Shown: positions 14,119 through 28,078, numbered from the stretch's first letter. The stretch is DNA of 64,000 nucleotides from Vicugna vicugna (GCA_013265495.1 MU058844.1:1308941-1372940), one strand, 5' to 3'. Numbers and translations are program-made. Notes: generated from the sequence alone by a model not told the origin.

Positions 14119-14894
14119 TGGATGGATGTTTGAAATCAGTGAAGTGTGGAACAATGTATAACATGTTAGGACATAAAACATTTACAAGCATGAAGTTAAA
14201 GAGCTTATTTTAACTGAATTCTGGTCACAATACCAATTTAAAGTCACAAGGTCAGGGCAGAAAGCTACAGGAAGTTCAAAGAAAATGAGAAAAATTATTC
14301 ACACCTTGTAAATTGTAAATAAGAACTCCGTAACTCATAGATATCTTTGGGAAGAAGTGCTTAACTTCTTGGGATAAGTGCATAATACAGATGTTTTGTT
14401 TAGAACTTTTCCTGTTAACTGCTGCATAATCTGATGGTTTGCAGGGCTGTGTATCTTTGATCTCTCAGAGGTTTAGCTCATCACCCTAGGAAATTAGCTA
14501 TTTGTTTTCAGCCTGGCAGGAAATGCAATGGCAAGCTTCCTAACAAGGAAAGCATTGAATGCAGCAACATGTGTGCTGGTTCGACATTCACCTGCCTTTG
14601 ACCCTTGACAGGACTCGACCTCCAGCTTTGGAGCATTCTATTTCCTACCTTTGGATCAGAGGTCACCACAGTTGACCCCTGGCCTCAGTGTGATCTCTGA
14701 CACTCCCAACTTGGTTATGATTGTTCTGCATAATCTGTAGTACCCCAGGGTCCAGAAATGCTCTTCCACTAGTTTCCACCAGCTGTTACCACCATTGTTC
14801 TCTCTCTCCCCTGGTCCTGGCTGACTGAAAGCTATAGCCCCTAATGATGGTGTGGCCCCTCCAGATTGCCTTGTATACTGACTTTGATTGAATG

Positions 14895-15130
14895 CTAATA
14901 ATTGTTATTATGAGTGCTCATTTTCTGAAATGCTAACCATGCTACTACATTCAGCATCTCATTTAGCATTCAAAAATCCCATGAGAAAGATACCATTTAT
15001 CCCTGTCTTTGGAGATCAGGAAACCGAGGCTGAGCAAAACTGAATGTAATTGGTCTAAATTCATACTGCCAGAAAGTGTCAAATTTAGGATCTGTCATTT
15101 TTACTCCAAATCCATTTCTCATACTTTCTA
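14895..15130 (-). mobile_element. MIR SINE
   Basis: catctcatttagcattcaaaaatcccatgag...gatcaggaaaccgaggctgag. Confidence 0.7.
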
Positions 15131-15249
15131 TATATTAAAGATTCTCCATAGAACATCCCAGTATTGTTCTGGATACTGTATATGTGCATTGTGAAGCAGC
15201 TTTGTTTTCGTTTTAAAACATATTCTATTTTTCAACGCATTGGGCAACT

Positions 15250-15732
15250 CTCATGCAGATTTTAGGTCCTTTCTATCCTACCTCTTATCTAACTAGTTCC
15301 ATGAAGCTGCCTAGCTTTAGCAAGTGCAAGCTGGCAGTACCTCATCTCAACTCTCTGATATTTATCTTGGGATATTTGCGGGAAGCCATGCCATTCATGC
15401 ATGCATAATCCAAAAGTACCTGGGAGCTAATGCCCACATATCCATCCTTGACTAGTGTGGGGTGGGAGCCAGTGAGCCGCTTCCCCTTTACATCACACAA
15501 TGACCAGCTCCCAAGTGCTTCTGCTAAACCTCTTCCAAAGATCCTGTAGCAAGGAGCACCAGTTAACCATAGCAGTAGTCAACTGGAAAAGCCATTTTTG
15601 TATCAAGTTCCCTCCTTCCTTGTCTCACTTCCCTTGTCTCTCACTCCTGCTCCCTAGGATCACATTTCTAAAGTAACTACCCACAATTGCAAGATTGACT
15701 CGGGACTGATTTTGGAAATACCCAGGCTGACT
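15250..15732 (+). mobile_element. LTR16A-like ERVL solo LTR
   Basis: ccttccttgtctcacttcccttgtctctcactcctgctccctaggatcac...ttttggaaatacccaggctgac 3' end. Confidence 0.7.
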
Positions 15733-17129
15733 CTTCCTTTTAGTGACTCTGAATTTGTGAGTCCTTTTTTCAATCTGCAGATTATAGTTTTACATCTCAC
15801 ATGTCGGCATGATTGTGCACAAGAAATAATCAAGTTTATTTGACTACTTAATCAGTTGATTTGGCTTCTATGGTGGGTTTATAATAATGCTGGCAAATAC
15901 CCGTATGGAAGGTATTACCAACATATTTGTGTGAACTTACACTTGTTTTGCATTCTTAAGGGAACTTTAATTAACTGCTAAGTAAGATGACTCAAGTTGG
16001 TTCAGAATTTTCCTGGCTGGCTGTTTACAGTTCTTATGTAAATGGTAACTAAAACCTTCTCTTGATAAAAATCCATTCTAACAAATCTGTAGCTATTCTT
16101 TCCTATTCCTGAACTTCCATTCTGCGCCGTCTAAACAGTATCCTTGAAAAGATATGTAATATTTGTACCTGAATGGTTCAAGCCTTGTATTCTCTGTGAA
16201 AGCGTACTCCCTAGCCATTTTAGCTCATTTGATCACTAGTTCTACAGCTGATTGAGGTGAGGAGGAAGGTGAACGGTAATGCACATTTTGGGGAAGCTTC
16301 CTGATGATTTTGATGCTTACCCACCCCTTACCTTTCTGCTGCCCTCTGCCCCTTCACACCTCACGTGGTCTCACACCTGTGGTGTAGGGCAAGCTCTGAT
16401 GCAAACAATGCGATGGCACAATAAAATCATTTCTGCAGAACACTATCTTTAGAACCTTTGTGGATACAAAAGTAAAACCAGTTGAGTGAAGTCAGTGGAG
16501 GGAAAGTCAAATGCCTTGCTTTCAGTTTGTATATTCTTAAGAGGCCCAGAGTTAAATTGCTTTTTAGGAAATCTCCTTAGCAAGTAAATTTGTATAAAAG
16601 TCGATAAGCTTAGGAATCTTCACATTTTTCAGAGAATCAAATATTCCAGGTAATTATGATCTGAGGATCTGGGGAATGGATGGTGGTGGTTTATTCTGAA
16701 TGTCAAGCAATAAAAAATATGGAAACAGAGATCATATATAGATTATACACCATGGCTGATTCTCTTCTTTAGTTCTCCTTTGCACTGAAAAGCAGTCCTC
16801 TAAGCTGTATAAATTAACTAGAGCAGTCAGCACAGAGCTGCATTATTTGACCAAACAGCAAGATTAATCACATAAAAAATAGTACTTGAAAGAAAAGATT
16901 CTATTAGCTGCTTTACTGTCTTTTGTGTCTGATACAAAAGCTAACATCAGTGTTCATGTAGGAGTTAAGTCAGTGAATATCGAGCTTCAAGACTGAATTA
17001 TCCAATGTAAAAAATAAATGATAAAGTGAAAAAATACACACACATATACATGCATGTGCACACACATACAGGGATAGCAAGATGATCATGCGATAGCTGA
17101 ACTATTTTTTTTTAATCTTAACTAAAAGC

Positions 17130-17373
17130 ATTTAGTAAATATCAGTCTCTTTGTGACACTTTTCAGGATAATACAAGTGTCTCCCTCTTATACTTCACCA
17201 TAACCTCTGCTATAGCATTTACGACATTTTATTATAGTTTGTTACATATCATCTATCTTCCCAAATAGATTATAAGGACATAGAGGACAGAGGACTGCCC
17301 AGTGAGTCCTAGCATGCATGTGGCATGTAGCAGACAACAAGTCCATGTTTTAGGAAGTGAATAAGTGAATGAT
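17130..17373 (+). mobile_element. L2 3' end
   Basis: tatagcattt...tagattataag...gtggcatgtagcagac...gtgaataagtgaatga. Confidence 0.7.
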
Positions 17374-17609
17374 TCAAAATTATTTGGTAGTTGAATCTGT
17401 ACTAGTGGTATCCAGACTTTCTTTTTGTTCTGAGGACACACACTGGCTTGTCACTGAGAAGACTTCAGTTTCCAGATGTACCAAGGTTCTCCTTGTAGGT
17501 CCTGTGTAAACTGGTAGCTTAATATAGTGGGGAAAAAAAACTATGGAAAATGTCATGAAATACACAGCATACACCATAAAGGACAAGTGCATGGGCCATG
17601 CCTGAGCCC

Positions 17610-17830
17610 TGTATTGAGTATCTATTATTTACCAGATACTTTTATGCCCATTATCTAATTTTAGCCTCACAGTCCTTTGAGCTGGTCATGTCCTCCATTT
17701 CAGTGTCAGGAAATGGAGATTCAGAAACCTCAGGTAATTTGTCTCAGGAGAGACAAAGCCCTGCACAGAATCCAGGCTTTCAGAATCTATACTCAGGGCT
17801 TGTTTTACTGGTATTTAGCTGCCTTCTTCT
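17610..17830 (-). mobile_element. MIR SINE
   Basis: tattgagtatctattat...cattatctaattttagcctcacag...caggaaatggagattcaga. Confidence 0.7.
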
Positions 17831-19889
17831 TTTAAGAGTATTTGTTTAGACAAATATTCCAAGGGTGGAAAATACTCAAACTAACTGTTTGGAGTTACAT
17901 TGATTCAACATAAAACAACCTGTTGATGAGCTGAATTATTCACTCTTCACTTGATTATTTTGTCATCTTGTACACACATACATACTCTAGTTAAGAATGA
18001 AAAATGTCTTTCATAAGGCTGTTCAGCTCTGCCCCTGGCATGTTCCATTCAGTGCATTGTTGTTATTTTTCTTTTAAATCTTCGGGCTTCTTGTTCCAAC
18101 TGCAAAATAACTGAAACTCCTTTGTGTTTTCACTCTGTAATTTATTCTTGGAGTTATTCCTCATGTTTTATCTAAAAATTTTTGCTTTTAAAATGCATAT
18201 ATCATGCATGTATAAGTTTTAATGGGGGGGAGGGGAAGGGTCGATATTTTACACCTGAAAAACCTACCTTTAATTTTATAGACATCAATAGACAACTGTG
18301 ATTTGCTGTATAGAAATTCACCTTATAGGCAACTTTTCAAAAACATACTATTCTGCAAAATGCAGCACCTGTTCAGACTGAGAGAGGTAAAGGAGCCAAG
18401 ATATAAAAATTCATTTTGTAGCACCATGAATTCTTTGATCAGTTGTCTCTTTTCTCATAGCGAATTTCCCCCATCACTACATTTCTAGGCTCCAAATGGA
18501 GAATTATAATTCCAGAAGGTGATGGAATGAGCTGAGCTCCACAGATGCTGAGGCAGCCAGTTTACTATTAGATTTCAAAGATAACATTCCCACACTGATT
18601 CCTGAGGAGATTTGTTTTTATTTGGATAACAGAGAACTTGAGATGAATAAAATGATAGCTTTACAAGTGTTATTTAGCACTACTATATAAATAAGTAGCT
18701 TACACAGCTAGACATAGTGATAAACAAAGGAGCATGTCAACTGACATTCAAATCTCATTACTGCATTAATGTAGTCTTCCTAGGTATAGGGCGAAATAAT
18801 TTATATAAATGTGTATAGAGGCACAGAAAAATAAATCACCAAATACAAATTTTCAACAATTTATCATCCAACAATATAATCTTTAACAGTAAATGCTAAC
18901 GGTAGCTGATTCCTCTTGCAGCGTTTCAGTCATTTCCTTTATTTGAGCAACTAGAGATCTCTAATGACCTCCTCATCTCATCGGACTGTGGTAGGGCTGA
19001 CCTCATTCAGCACAGCCAATTGTTCATAATTGGGTTTTGTGAACTGTGCTGAGTGTTAGGTGCTTTCCATTGGAAGTGTCTTCTACGTGATTCCCCATGA
19101 GTCCCATCCATTTCAGCTTTTCATTTCTCCCAGTAATGTGATCCTGCTCAGAGCTTCAGAGTCTTTACAATGTGAAAAAGGATGAAGTGTTGCCATTATC
19201 ATGTATAAGAGCATGTCTCAATTCTGGGTGGGGATCTGGCTGCTCTGAAACACAGGGGTTACAGAGGCCTCTCTAGCTAAGGATTAGTGTTTGTGCATTT
19301 AAATCACATAGAAGAGTTCAGCTATTATTTAAAGTAGTTGATTTTACATACTGGTCCCCACACTGATTCCACTCTGTGATCAAATTCTAACCCATCCATT
19401 GTGAAATGAGGAAAAATAAGATTAAGGTAGGGAAGTTTAATAACTCTAAGTTATCTTGTTTTAATTCTGAAATTCTGTTCCTTGGAGTCATTTGGTGGAG
19501 GTTGTAGATATGGAGGTAATAATGTTGGTTTTGAAGTCCCTACTTGAATAAACTAAGGGTTGACAACTATATGTTGGCTCTACAACTACTTAGACTTTAC
19601 TGGTCTATAAAATCCAAATTCTTCTATCAAAAATTTTATTCAAAAATGTATTGAGAAAATTAGTTATTCTTTGAATAGAAAATAAAAGTCGTCTAACAAA
19701 GTTTCATAGATATTTCACAGTTAAATCCCAGAGGGTAAATATCTAATTGTAAAAGGCAGAACAATAAAAACCATTGGAAAAAATAAATAGTGAAATATTA
19801 CCATCAGGCTGGGGAAAACTTCCAAGCAAAACAAGAAACCCAGAAGCCGTAATGGGGGAAAAAAATGATAAAAGAACAGATTTGACCTT

Positions 19890-20632
19890 AAAGGTCTCAG
19901 TTCTCAGAAAAACTTATTATCTAAGTCCCTTCAGTTTCAGCAGAAGTCAAAATTGTCATAATACAAAAATGCCCCCTAATAAATATTAACACCCATACTC
20001 TTTCTCTGATTAGTATTAATATCTATTTTGATCCATTATGTCAGTGAACTAATTGTTGTCTGATGTTGGAAACAATGAATAAACAATTCAAATTCAAAAC
20101 AAATTGATTGCTAAGTGAGGTTACAGATCTTATAAATGTTTCAGGATTTTGTGAAATGATTACAATGATGTTGGAGAACTGCTTGAATCATAAACAAATT
20201 TGCTGACAAATGAGGATTCAGAAGTGTTGGACCAGTTAACAACTACTACAGAGGTCCTCAGGCAAAAGGATAAAACCCTCTGACGTTTTTACGAAACAGT
20301 TCTTCTTCATGATCATACTGGGAAAGCACTTATTCTGTGGAGGGCTTGTTAGAGTGCTAGAATACAATTTGGCTTACACCTTACCCACTATCAAAATAAA
20401 ATAATTGTCTTCAAATGTCTTAATAATTAGCTAGTTTTTAGAATTAAGCTTAATATAAGACAAAAATCAACTTAATTCCTTATTGTCACCTTATTTTAAA
20501 GGTAAGGACTAAATCAACTTAAAATGTATTTACTGTGACATTTTGGTCTGTTTTAAAAGCGAGGTCAATTTAGACCTCTTGTATCAAATCTCCTTGGAGA
20601 CCACCTATTTATAAGTATATAGACGTCTATAT
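19890..20632 (+). mobile_element. TcMar-Tigger DNA transposon remnant
   Basis: From 20164 reads NDVGELLES*TNLLTNEDSEVLDQ, resembling the acidic C-terminus of Tigger transposases; it interrupts colinear L1 sequence. Confidence 0.6.
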
Positions 20633-20906
20633 TGGGAGGAAGATAAGCAAAGACTGAGAAAAAGTATTGGCAGCACCCACTACTGATAAAAGGTTATTAT
20701 CTTCAATATAAAAAGAGCACCTACAAATTAATATGTAAAAGATAAATACCTCACATAAAATACTAATGAATTCAGAGACCAAATTGTGAATTCAGAAGAA
20801 GAAATATTAACAGTCAATAAAGCTATGAAGAGATACCTAACTTCATTAGTATTCAAGGAACAGTAAATAAAGCAGTAAGCTAGCAGTTTCACCCATCAAA
20901 TTGACA

Positions 20907-20911
<5 letters not shown>

Positions 20912-20957
<46 letters not shown>

Positions 20958-20974
20958 TACACACATATATATAT
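20912..20974. repeat. Compound (TA)n(CA)n microsatellite
   Basis: Read directly from the sequence. Confidence 0.95.
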
Positions 20975-21671
20975 TCAATTTTGGCAAGAATGTGAAAAAA
21001 TGGACACTCATTGGAGTGTAAAAATTAGATTCCCTTTTGCTGACTAATTATAATCTATGCTAAAATCTAAAATAAACAAACTATATTAACATCTAACAAT
21101 TCTACATCTAGAACCTATTTTATACAGTATCAGAATACATAAAAATAATGTATACAAGATATTCATTGTAGCATTATTTGTAGTGACAAATAAAAGAGCT
21201 TACTAGAAAGTTCCAGTGAATGTCGTACATTCATATAATGGAATATCAAAGACTCATTAAAAAAAATAAAATGTAATCTGGAAAAAAAAATGTCCAAAAT
21301 GTAATATTATATGAAAAAAATCCAAGAGCAAACAAATTTGTATAGTACTCCAGTCCTGTGAATATATATGTTTGGCATGAGTATACACATCCACCCCCCC
21401 AACACACACACAGATGTTAAAAATCAGGCATAAGAGTCACCAGATTCTTCCCAGTGATTATCTTTGAGAGATTGGATTGGTAGAGGAGGGGGTGATTCTC
21501 ACTTCTTGCTTTATATATATATATTTTAATAGTGAAATAAGTGGCTGAAGAAAAGGCCTAGGATCTTATTTGAGGCTTCAGACAGCATCCAAGGTGACTA
21601 CCATGGCTGAGAATGCACTTATAGCCAAGATTCACATGCATGACCTCCTGAGCACATGTTGTCTGTCATAG

Positions 21672-22212
21672 TCTAGTTCATGCCTCTTCACCTGGAGCTC
21701 AGGGATTTGCAAAGATCTGTGTATAAAATTAAGGGAGTCTATGAACTTGAAAGTGAAAAAAATTACATCTGCATTTTTATTAACCTTTAATTGATGTTTA
21801 GCCATTTCTAAAATTAAGGGGCAACAAGTCCCAGAATTGTTAGCAGTGCTTGTGACTTTGTCACCAATAGAAATCATAACTACTTTCATATCTCATTGCA
21901 TTTCTTAGAGACATCTCAAAACATTGCTTATGGACTTTTCTCTCCTCAAAATAAATCATTTCATACTCTCCATTAGATCTTGTTCTTTAACACAGTGATA
22001 AAGGAGCACATCTACTACTATATCACAAGTATGCAGTTTTTTAAACTATTTTATTAACTATATATAAACCTAATTGACTTCCTTTGTGATTCTTTTTTGT
22101 GTGCACACGTGCACGTTTAAATATTCAGCAAACAAGTCCATAAGATTCACCAGACACTCTCTCTTCCCACCCCAAGGTCCATGGCACAAACATAAAATGG
22201 CTAAGAATCTCA
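21672..22212. mobile_element. Charlie4a-like hAT element
   Basis: tgaacttgaaagtgaaaaaaattacatct...tgtgactttgtcaccaatagaaatca...ggtccatggcacaaa...ggctaagaatctc. Confidence 0.75.
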
Positions 22213-22339
22213 GTAAGTGTATTGGGATTTTGGAGAAAGACACTGGAATGTAGTAAACATGATGCTAGACTGTAATTTAGAGATTTGCAGCTTACTCTTT
22301 AATTTACATCCTGCCCAGAGATGGCCTTGAAGACTTTTG

Positions 22340-22710
22340 AAAGCTTCTACTCTGTATCAGGCACTTCTCTAAGTGGTGAGACGAAGATGTTCAATGAACA
22401 GGCAATAAGCAGTTCAGTGAGCTCACATGGAGCTTACATCTAGAGGGATGGGGTGGGCAGAGGGCAGGTAGAAAATAAACAGGAGATCAAATAAATAATT
22501 ACAGATAGAAGTAAGTTCTATGAAGAAACTAGAAGACTATGGACAGGCATTTGGATCCTTTTCTGAGTGCATCAGGAAGGTGTTAGATATCTTAAGCAGG
22601 GTGGAAGATTGATTATAGGAGGATAAAAGATAGTGGTGGCCTGGAATATAGAGGCAGAGAAAGGGAACTGGAGAAAACTGGAAGGAAATGACCTATGTTT
22701 GGTTGCTGAT
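22340..22710 (-). mobile_element. L2 fragments
   Basis: ctactctgtatcaggcact...catggagcttacatctag; ttaagcagggtg; gatagtggtggcctgga. Confidence 0.65.
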
Positions 22711-23334
22711 CAATAATGTCCTTATTCCACTTCAGGAACAGAACATCCATTCTAGAGATTGTAAAATCAGTCTTCCCAAATCACTAGTGTAGTCTGTGAA
22801 TTAGACTACATGATACCTGAACAGTCGTATTAAAACATAAGTTCAAATTGGTCACTTGACATGATCAGAAAGGCAATAGAATGGCAGGATATAAGCTTAG
22901 GCTGATAGTTAAAATCTGACAGAAGACTGAGTCACATCTTCTCTGTAGATACAAAGAAAACAAAATCAGATTCTATGAGAAAAATATGTTGATGAAGCAT
23001 GTCATTCCAAACCACCAGAAGAAATCAGGAATCGTATCACATTCAGAAGATTAAGACAAAATGTTTTGGGATAGAGCTGTGTTTTCAACAAGAGGCATGC
23101 GTGACCACACTTGCAAGATGGAAGCCTGCTAGCCAGTTCCTAGCAACGCTGGGGATCTTTCATAACAAGGAGCCTCTCAGCTCAATGACACACAGCTCTC
23201 ATCAGCGACAGCTGTGTGATCATTGTTAAGGCCTGGCAGCCTCAACAGCTCTGGCAAAGAGCCTTGTGTAACAATATCGCCAGAATTATCTACCAGGGAT
23301 GTGATACAATGCAATTAGGTTGCTGTTTCTGTTG

Positions 23335-23880
23335 TCATTACTATAGCTACCATTTATTGAACGCCTACTCTGTGCCCCATGGTTTACTGGGAACTTTATA
23401 TGTATTGTCGTGTTTAATCCTCAGACAAGCCCACGAGTTAAGTAATACTGTCTGATGAGTTCAGTGTATGTATTGTATGTTCTACTTATGCATGCATTGT
23501 ATGACTAAAAACCTACCTATTACACAGGTAGAACATTTCCATTATTGTAGAAAGTTCTGTTTGACGGTGCTGGGCTGGCTGGATGCTTAAACAAATCTGT
23601 GCTGTCCGATTCAGTCACAACTAGCTGCATTCGTTACTGAGCTCTTGAAATGTGGCAGGAGCAAATGAGGAGCTGAATTTTTAATTTTATTTATTTAAAT
23701 TTTATTTAACTTCTTAATTTTTATTTAAGTTTGTATAAATATACATTTAAATAGTCAATGTAGTTAGTGGCTACTATACTGGTCAGCCTAGATCTAAGAC
23801 CAAGTTCACATGGCTAGCAAGAACCAGAATTAGGGAGTCAGTCCTGGGATTATCTGGTTCCAAAATCATGCTTTGAAAAT
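23335..23880 (-). mobile_element. MIR SINE interrupted by MER33/MER3-type hAT elements (~23446-23792)
   Basis: agctaccatttattgaacgcctactctgtgcc...tttaatcctcagac; tagaacatttccattattgtagaaagttctgtttgacggtgctg; cttgaaatgtggc...tagtggctactatactggtcagc; MIR resumes at aagttcacatggctag. Confidence 0.75.
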
Positions 23881-24137
23881 TAGTAGTAGTTGGGCACCCT
23901 AAACGATGTCCTCATGTTTGCTCCATTAGAGCATTTCAGTTAATACTTACAGCTACTTTCTTGTATGTGAGCTTGGAAGAGCACTAAATTCTGGTGCCCT
24001 GAGCAGTCACCTCTGAAATATCTCTATGCATAGACAGTGCCACCTACCATGGACCCTTTTGTATTAGAACCCCTGGTTATGTCCATCAGGCTAATCAAAT
24101 GTGCAGGTAGGCAGCAAAATGAAGAGAGAAATTATCG

Positions 24138-24660
24138 GTGCTAGATATTTTCTGTTTGTCCCCCTAGACCTGCTCCCCACTGATCCCCACTCTGCTCTAG
24201 TCTCAGGGGCCTGACAGTTATGGACTGCTAAACAGGGCCTCCTTGTCCCATGACTTCTGGTTGGGTCCAGCCAATGGCAGCCTTTAGTTGGAACTTGAAG
24301 GGTAGGAAGAGAAAGAGGTTCAGGTCTTTATTCCTCCTGGCTCTCTCTCTTCCAGGCCATTGTTCAGCAGTGGCTACATAATTCTATTTAAGAACACATC
24401 TCCTAGTGAATGGCTCTGTCCTCAGCTGCAGGTCTCACTAGGTTCCAGTAATTATCTCTCCTATTTCCCCTTCACCTAAAACTGATAACAGCTTCCCACT
24501 GTTGGTGGCCCTCTGGTGCTTCACTGATTTGTGTTGGTTTTCCTTCACCCTGCCCACACTTTGGTAAACCATTACTTTACTAAACTCCTTTCTGCCACTC
24601 CTTTTGAATGTCATTCATTTCTTTGAATGTCTTATGTCTTGCCGGAGATTTGGATAGTTA
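24138..24660 (+). mobile_element. LTR33-family ERVL solo LTR
   Basis: atattttctgtttgtcccc...cttctggttgggtccagccaatgg...aacagcttcccactgttg...accctgcccacac...actaaactcc. Confidence 0.85.
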
Positions 24661-24869
24661 GACTATATGATGAATTTAAAGAATAAGAATTATTAGCTCA
24701 CTTAGGAATGGATAATAAAGAAGTAAAATAGTATTTTATAAAGTGGTTATCACATATTAACCACAAAAAAATGCAGCACATTACAAATTATACATATGAA
24801 AGCTTTGCCAAGAAGTGATGTCTGATGGCCTGAACTTTTTTTTGTTATTAAAAAGATGCAAAGAGCATA

Positions 24870-25105
24870 TATGAGCAGGGCCATTCATTACAGCATTCTT
24901 TTATATATAAAAAAGTTGAAGCAAAATCATATGTCCATCAGAAGAGGAATGGTTAGACTACTTGTTTTAAAAGGAAAACTATGTAGTCATTAAAAAGAAT
25001 GTGGAGTATCTTTAAATACCAAAATGGAAAGATATCTATGACATACCTTTGAGTGGGGGAAAAAACTGTCAAACTGTACATACAATATATTGCAACATTT
25101 CTAAA
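24870..25105 (+). mobile_element. L1ME-type 3' fragment
   Basis: cattcattacagcatt...atgtccatcagaagaggaatggtta...gtcattaaaaagaatg. Confidence 0.65.
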
Positions 25106-25114
25106 AATAAATGT

Positions 25115-25510
25115 GAGTTCACTTATTCCACAAATATATGGAGTGCCTATTGTGTGTCAGGCATTGTTTCAGGCTTAAGGGATTCAGCAGGGGTCAAAAC
25201 AGACAAAAATCTCTTTCTTGGTGGAGCTTTAGTATGTTAAGAGGTGAAGTTTGCAGAGAGTGGTAGAGAGTGTTGGACAAGGGGCCCAGTGTTGGAGAGG
25301 ATGTTTATGGAAAGCCTCGCTGGGAAGTGACATTTGGGTAATGACCTGAAGGAGGTGAGAGGGCAAGACCTGAGCTTAAGTGGAAAAAGAACATTTGGGT
25401 AGAGATTAGAGAGTGCAAAGGCCTGGAAATGGATGTGTGCCTGATGTGATGGAAAAGGAGGTGAGGGGAGCAGTGTGGCTGGAGCAGAGTGAGTGTGGAG
25501 GAGATATGTA
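25115..25510 (-). mobile_element. L2a 3' end
   Basis: cacttattccacaaatat...gagtgcctattgtgtgtcaggcattgtt...gtgcaaaggcctgga...cagtgtggctggagcagagtgag. Confidence 0.85.
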
Positions 25511-27549
25511 GAAGAGCTTAGGTATTTAACCATATATGTTTGTATGTGGACTTTAAAAGGTCTAAAAGTACCCACCACACTCTTGACAGTAAGTAGTTGC
25601 TCCTGGGAAATGGGGAACATTCCTTCTTTTTGAAGAGGTATTCAGTTTTAATTTTATACACTGGTGTATTTTTTAATGTAAAAATAGGTGGGGGTGGCTA
25701 TTAACATTTTAAACCCATTTGTTATTTCAGAGAAGAATCATAAAACAAAAGACCATATAGAGGTCTAGTACATACCAAGAAATTTAAAATAACTCTTCTC
25801 CAAAAGCACCAGTATTTTCACAGAAAGTGACTCAAGACTTTTTTGGTCAAAATTACATGTTGACATCACAAGCCTATTCTCTGAGTGTTAACCTCAGTGG
25901 AATGAGTTCCATTTTAAATGCCTGCTATGACAGTGACAGCCCCACACCAATTATTTCCATCTCATGTCTTGCTAGACACGATAGCCTCTGACAGTGGATT
26001 TGCATTTATTTCTATTGAGTTTAGGGAATTTATGTATGAGAATATTATGAGATGTCACCATTGTGATTCATTAAGCAAACTAACAGCCTTAATAGAAGCT
26101 AAGGATGCCCTGAAGCAAGTTGTTAGAAGAAATTGGCCAAAACAACTTGCTAGATTCTTCACTCAATATGTAATTGCATATTCAACAAAAGTCCTCTGGG
26201 CTCCCGCTGAGACAACATGGCAAAGCTCACATCAACTGACCTCCATAAGATTAAGTTGGGATTTCATTCCCTCTCTCTTTCCTCATTTTTATGAGAATAG
26301 TTATTCTTTTGAAGAACTATGGGATCTCTCTCTTCCTTCCACACTCACTTCCTTTTTTTCTCTTTTCTTCCCAGCTCCATATTTACCATTGTTCTTCCCT
26401 CTCCAGCATAAGTTGTACATTTCTTTCCTTCAAATCCTAGCTGATACCTCTCTCATGTTTGGTCTCTCTTCTGTCTCCCTCCAATTTCCTTTTTCTCGTG
26501 TATCTCCTTTTCTAATTAATATCAAATGTTCATAATATGCAGTTACATCTATTTTAATAGATATTTTGCTTTTTCACCTTTTTTCCTTAAAAAGAAAAGA
26601 AACAGAAAAGTTGGGAAATCTTGGTAAACATACAAATAAAGTGCTTTTCACTTATTTATTTTAAAAAGCAAAGAAAGAAATATAACTGCTCAGGAGGATT
26701 TCTATCACCACAATTGAGGGCAAGGTGTGCACTGATGAGGATGAGACTATCTATAGGTTACTCAGTCGGTGTTGTTCTGGTAACTTAACAGTAAGGCATT
26801 AACTAAAAGAACTTTTAGAAGAAAAATGATATAGGATATCTGTAGTGTCTATCTCCATTTCTATGCCCATAAAAGATATTGTCAACCAGTCACAGCCTTG
26901 CCCCTTCAGGGATGCAGTTTCAGGATCCTTCTCAACACAGTACTCCAGGCAGCCACTACCATTCATTGGCATTAAGGGTGAAACTTATTTATCATCCTGC
27001 TTTGGAAGCATCTCTTCTGGAGTCATCTCACCTTGTTGGTGAGCTGTATCACTTCTCCAGAACCACAAAGTAAACGCAGAAACAGTAATTCTCCTTGGTA
27101 TTAGGGAAGTGCCTCAGAGCTATAACTTAGATGAGCTGGTCAGGGCTTTTCCCCAAGACACCAACATTTAATGGGCAAAATTTTAATAATTTTTAAAGGT
27201 TCTGTAATGTTTCCTCCCCATCACTGACTTCCAGCTGTGGGGAAGAGATTCATCTGGCCAGGCACAGATCCTTCAGTAGCTGATGTCCTGTATGGAAGGA
27301 ACCAGGGAGCAGAGATCAAGGGCAAGTTGTCCATGGCCCAGTTTCCCTGTGTCCTCATCTCCCCTCTCCCATCCACAGCCTGCCTTAGCACCTCCTGGTA
27401 ACTCAAAACTACATTTTGTGTTGTCCCAGATCCCAGTTATTGCTAAATGTACCTCTAGGGTTACTTGGTCTTTTTTTTACTGGATAATGGAATCAGTCTC
27501 ACTACATAGTACCTCCTTTTTGGTGTGAATTGGGGAAGTTTTAGAGCTA

Positions 27550-28078
27550 AAGTACAATTTGAAAATATGAGTTAGGAGCCTTAAAAATACCCATCTCTTT
27601 GACCTAGTGCTTCCACTTCTATACTAAATTAAAGAAATAAAGTTTTACAAATTTACACATAATTTTACAATTTTACAAATACACACATACACACACAAAA
27701 CTTGCTTATCTGAACATTACTCATAACAGAGAAAACAGGAAGCAATATAAATCTTGAACATTAAGGAACAAAAATTCCATATGGAGTGCCGTGTAAAAAC
27801 TTACAACTTATCTATCATATTTGTAATAAATTGTTAAGTTTTAAAACTTAAACAGAGAAAAACTGCAAACAGTATAAACTATCCTCTGTTCTCAAAAATG
27901 CTATACATGAAATAACCAAAAATAACTGTAAATAACAGAAATGTTACCAGTGGTTATCTCTGAGGGGTGTACTTATGCATTATTTTTATTCTTTCTTGCT
28001 TGTCCATCATGGGTTCTATATTTCCCAAAGTGAATCCATAAAATGTTTTAAATATAAATAAATAAAATACAATAAAAT
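27550..28078 (+). mobile_element. L1ME-type 3' fragment
   Basis: ctttgacctagtgcttccacttcta...aaatgttaccagtggttatctctgagggg; A-rich tail. Confidence 0.65.

Larger units (their letters stand above)
19620..21540 (+). mobile_element. L1ME-type ORF2 3'/3'UTR remnant, interrupted by a Tigger-like element and a microsatellite
   Basis: aaacaagaaacccagaagcc; aaagagcacctacaaattaat; acaagatattcattgtagcattatttgtag. Confidence 0.7.

Noticed and set aside
25918..26535. 205-aa ORF as a protein-coding gene
   Set aside because: No recognisable domain, its 3' half comes from a pyrimidine-rich low-complexity tract, and no exon structure supports it.
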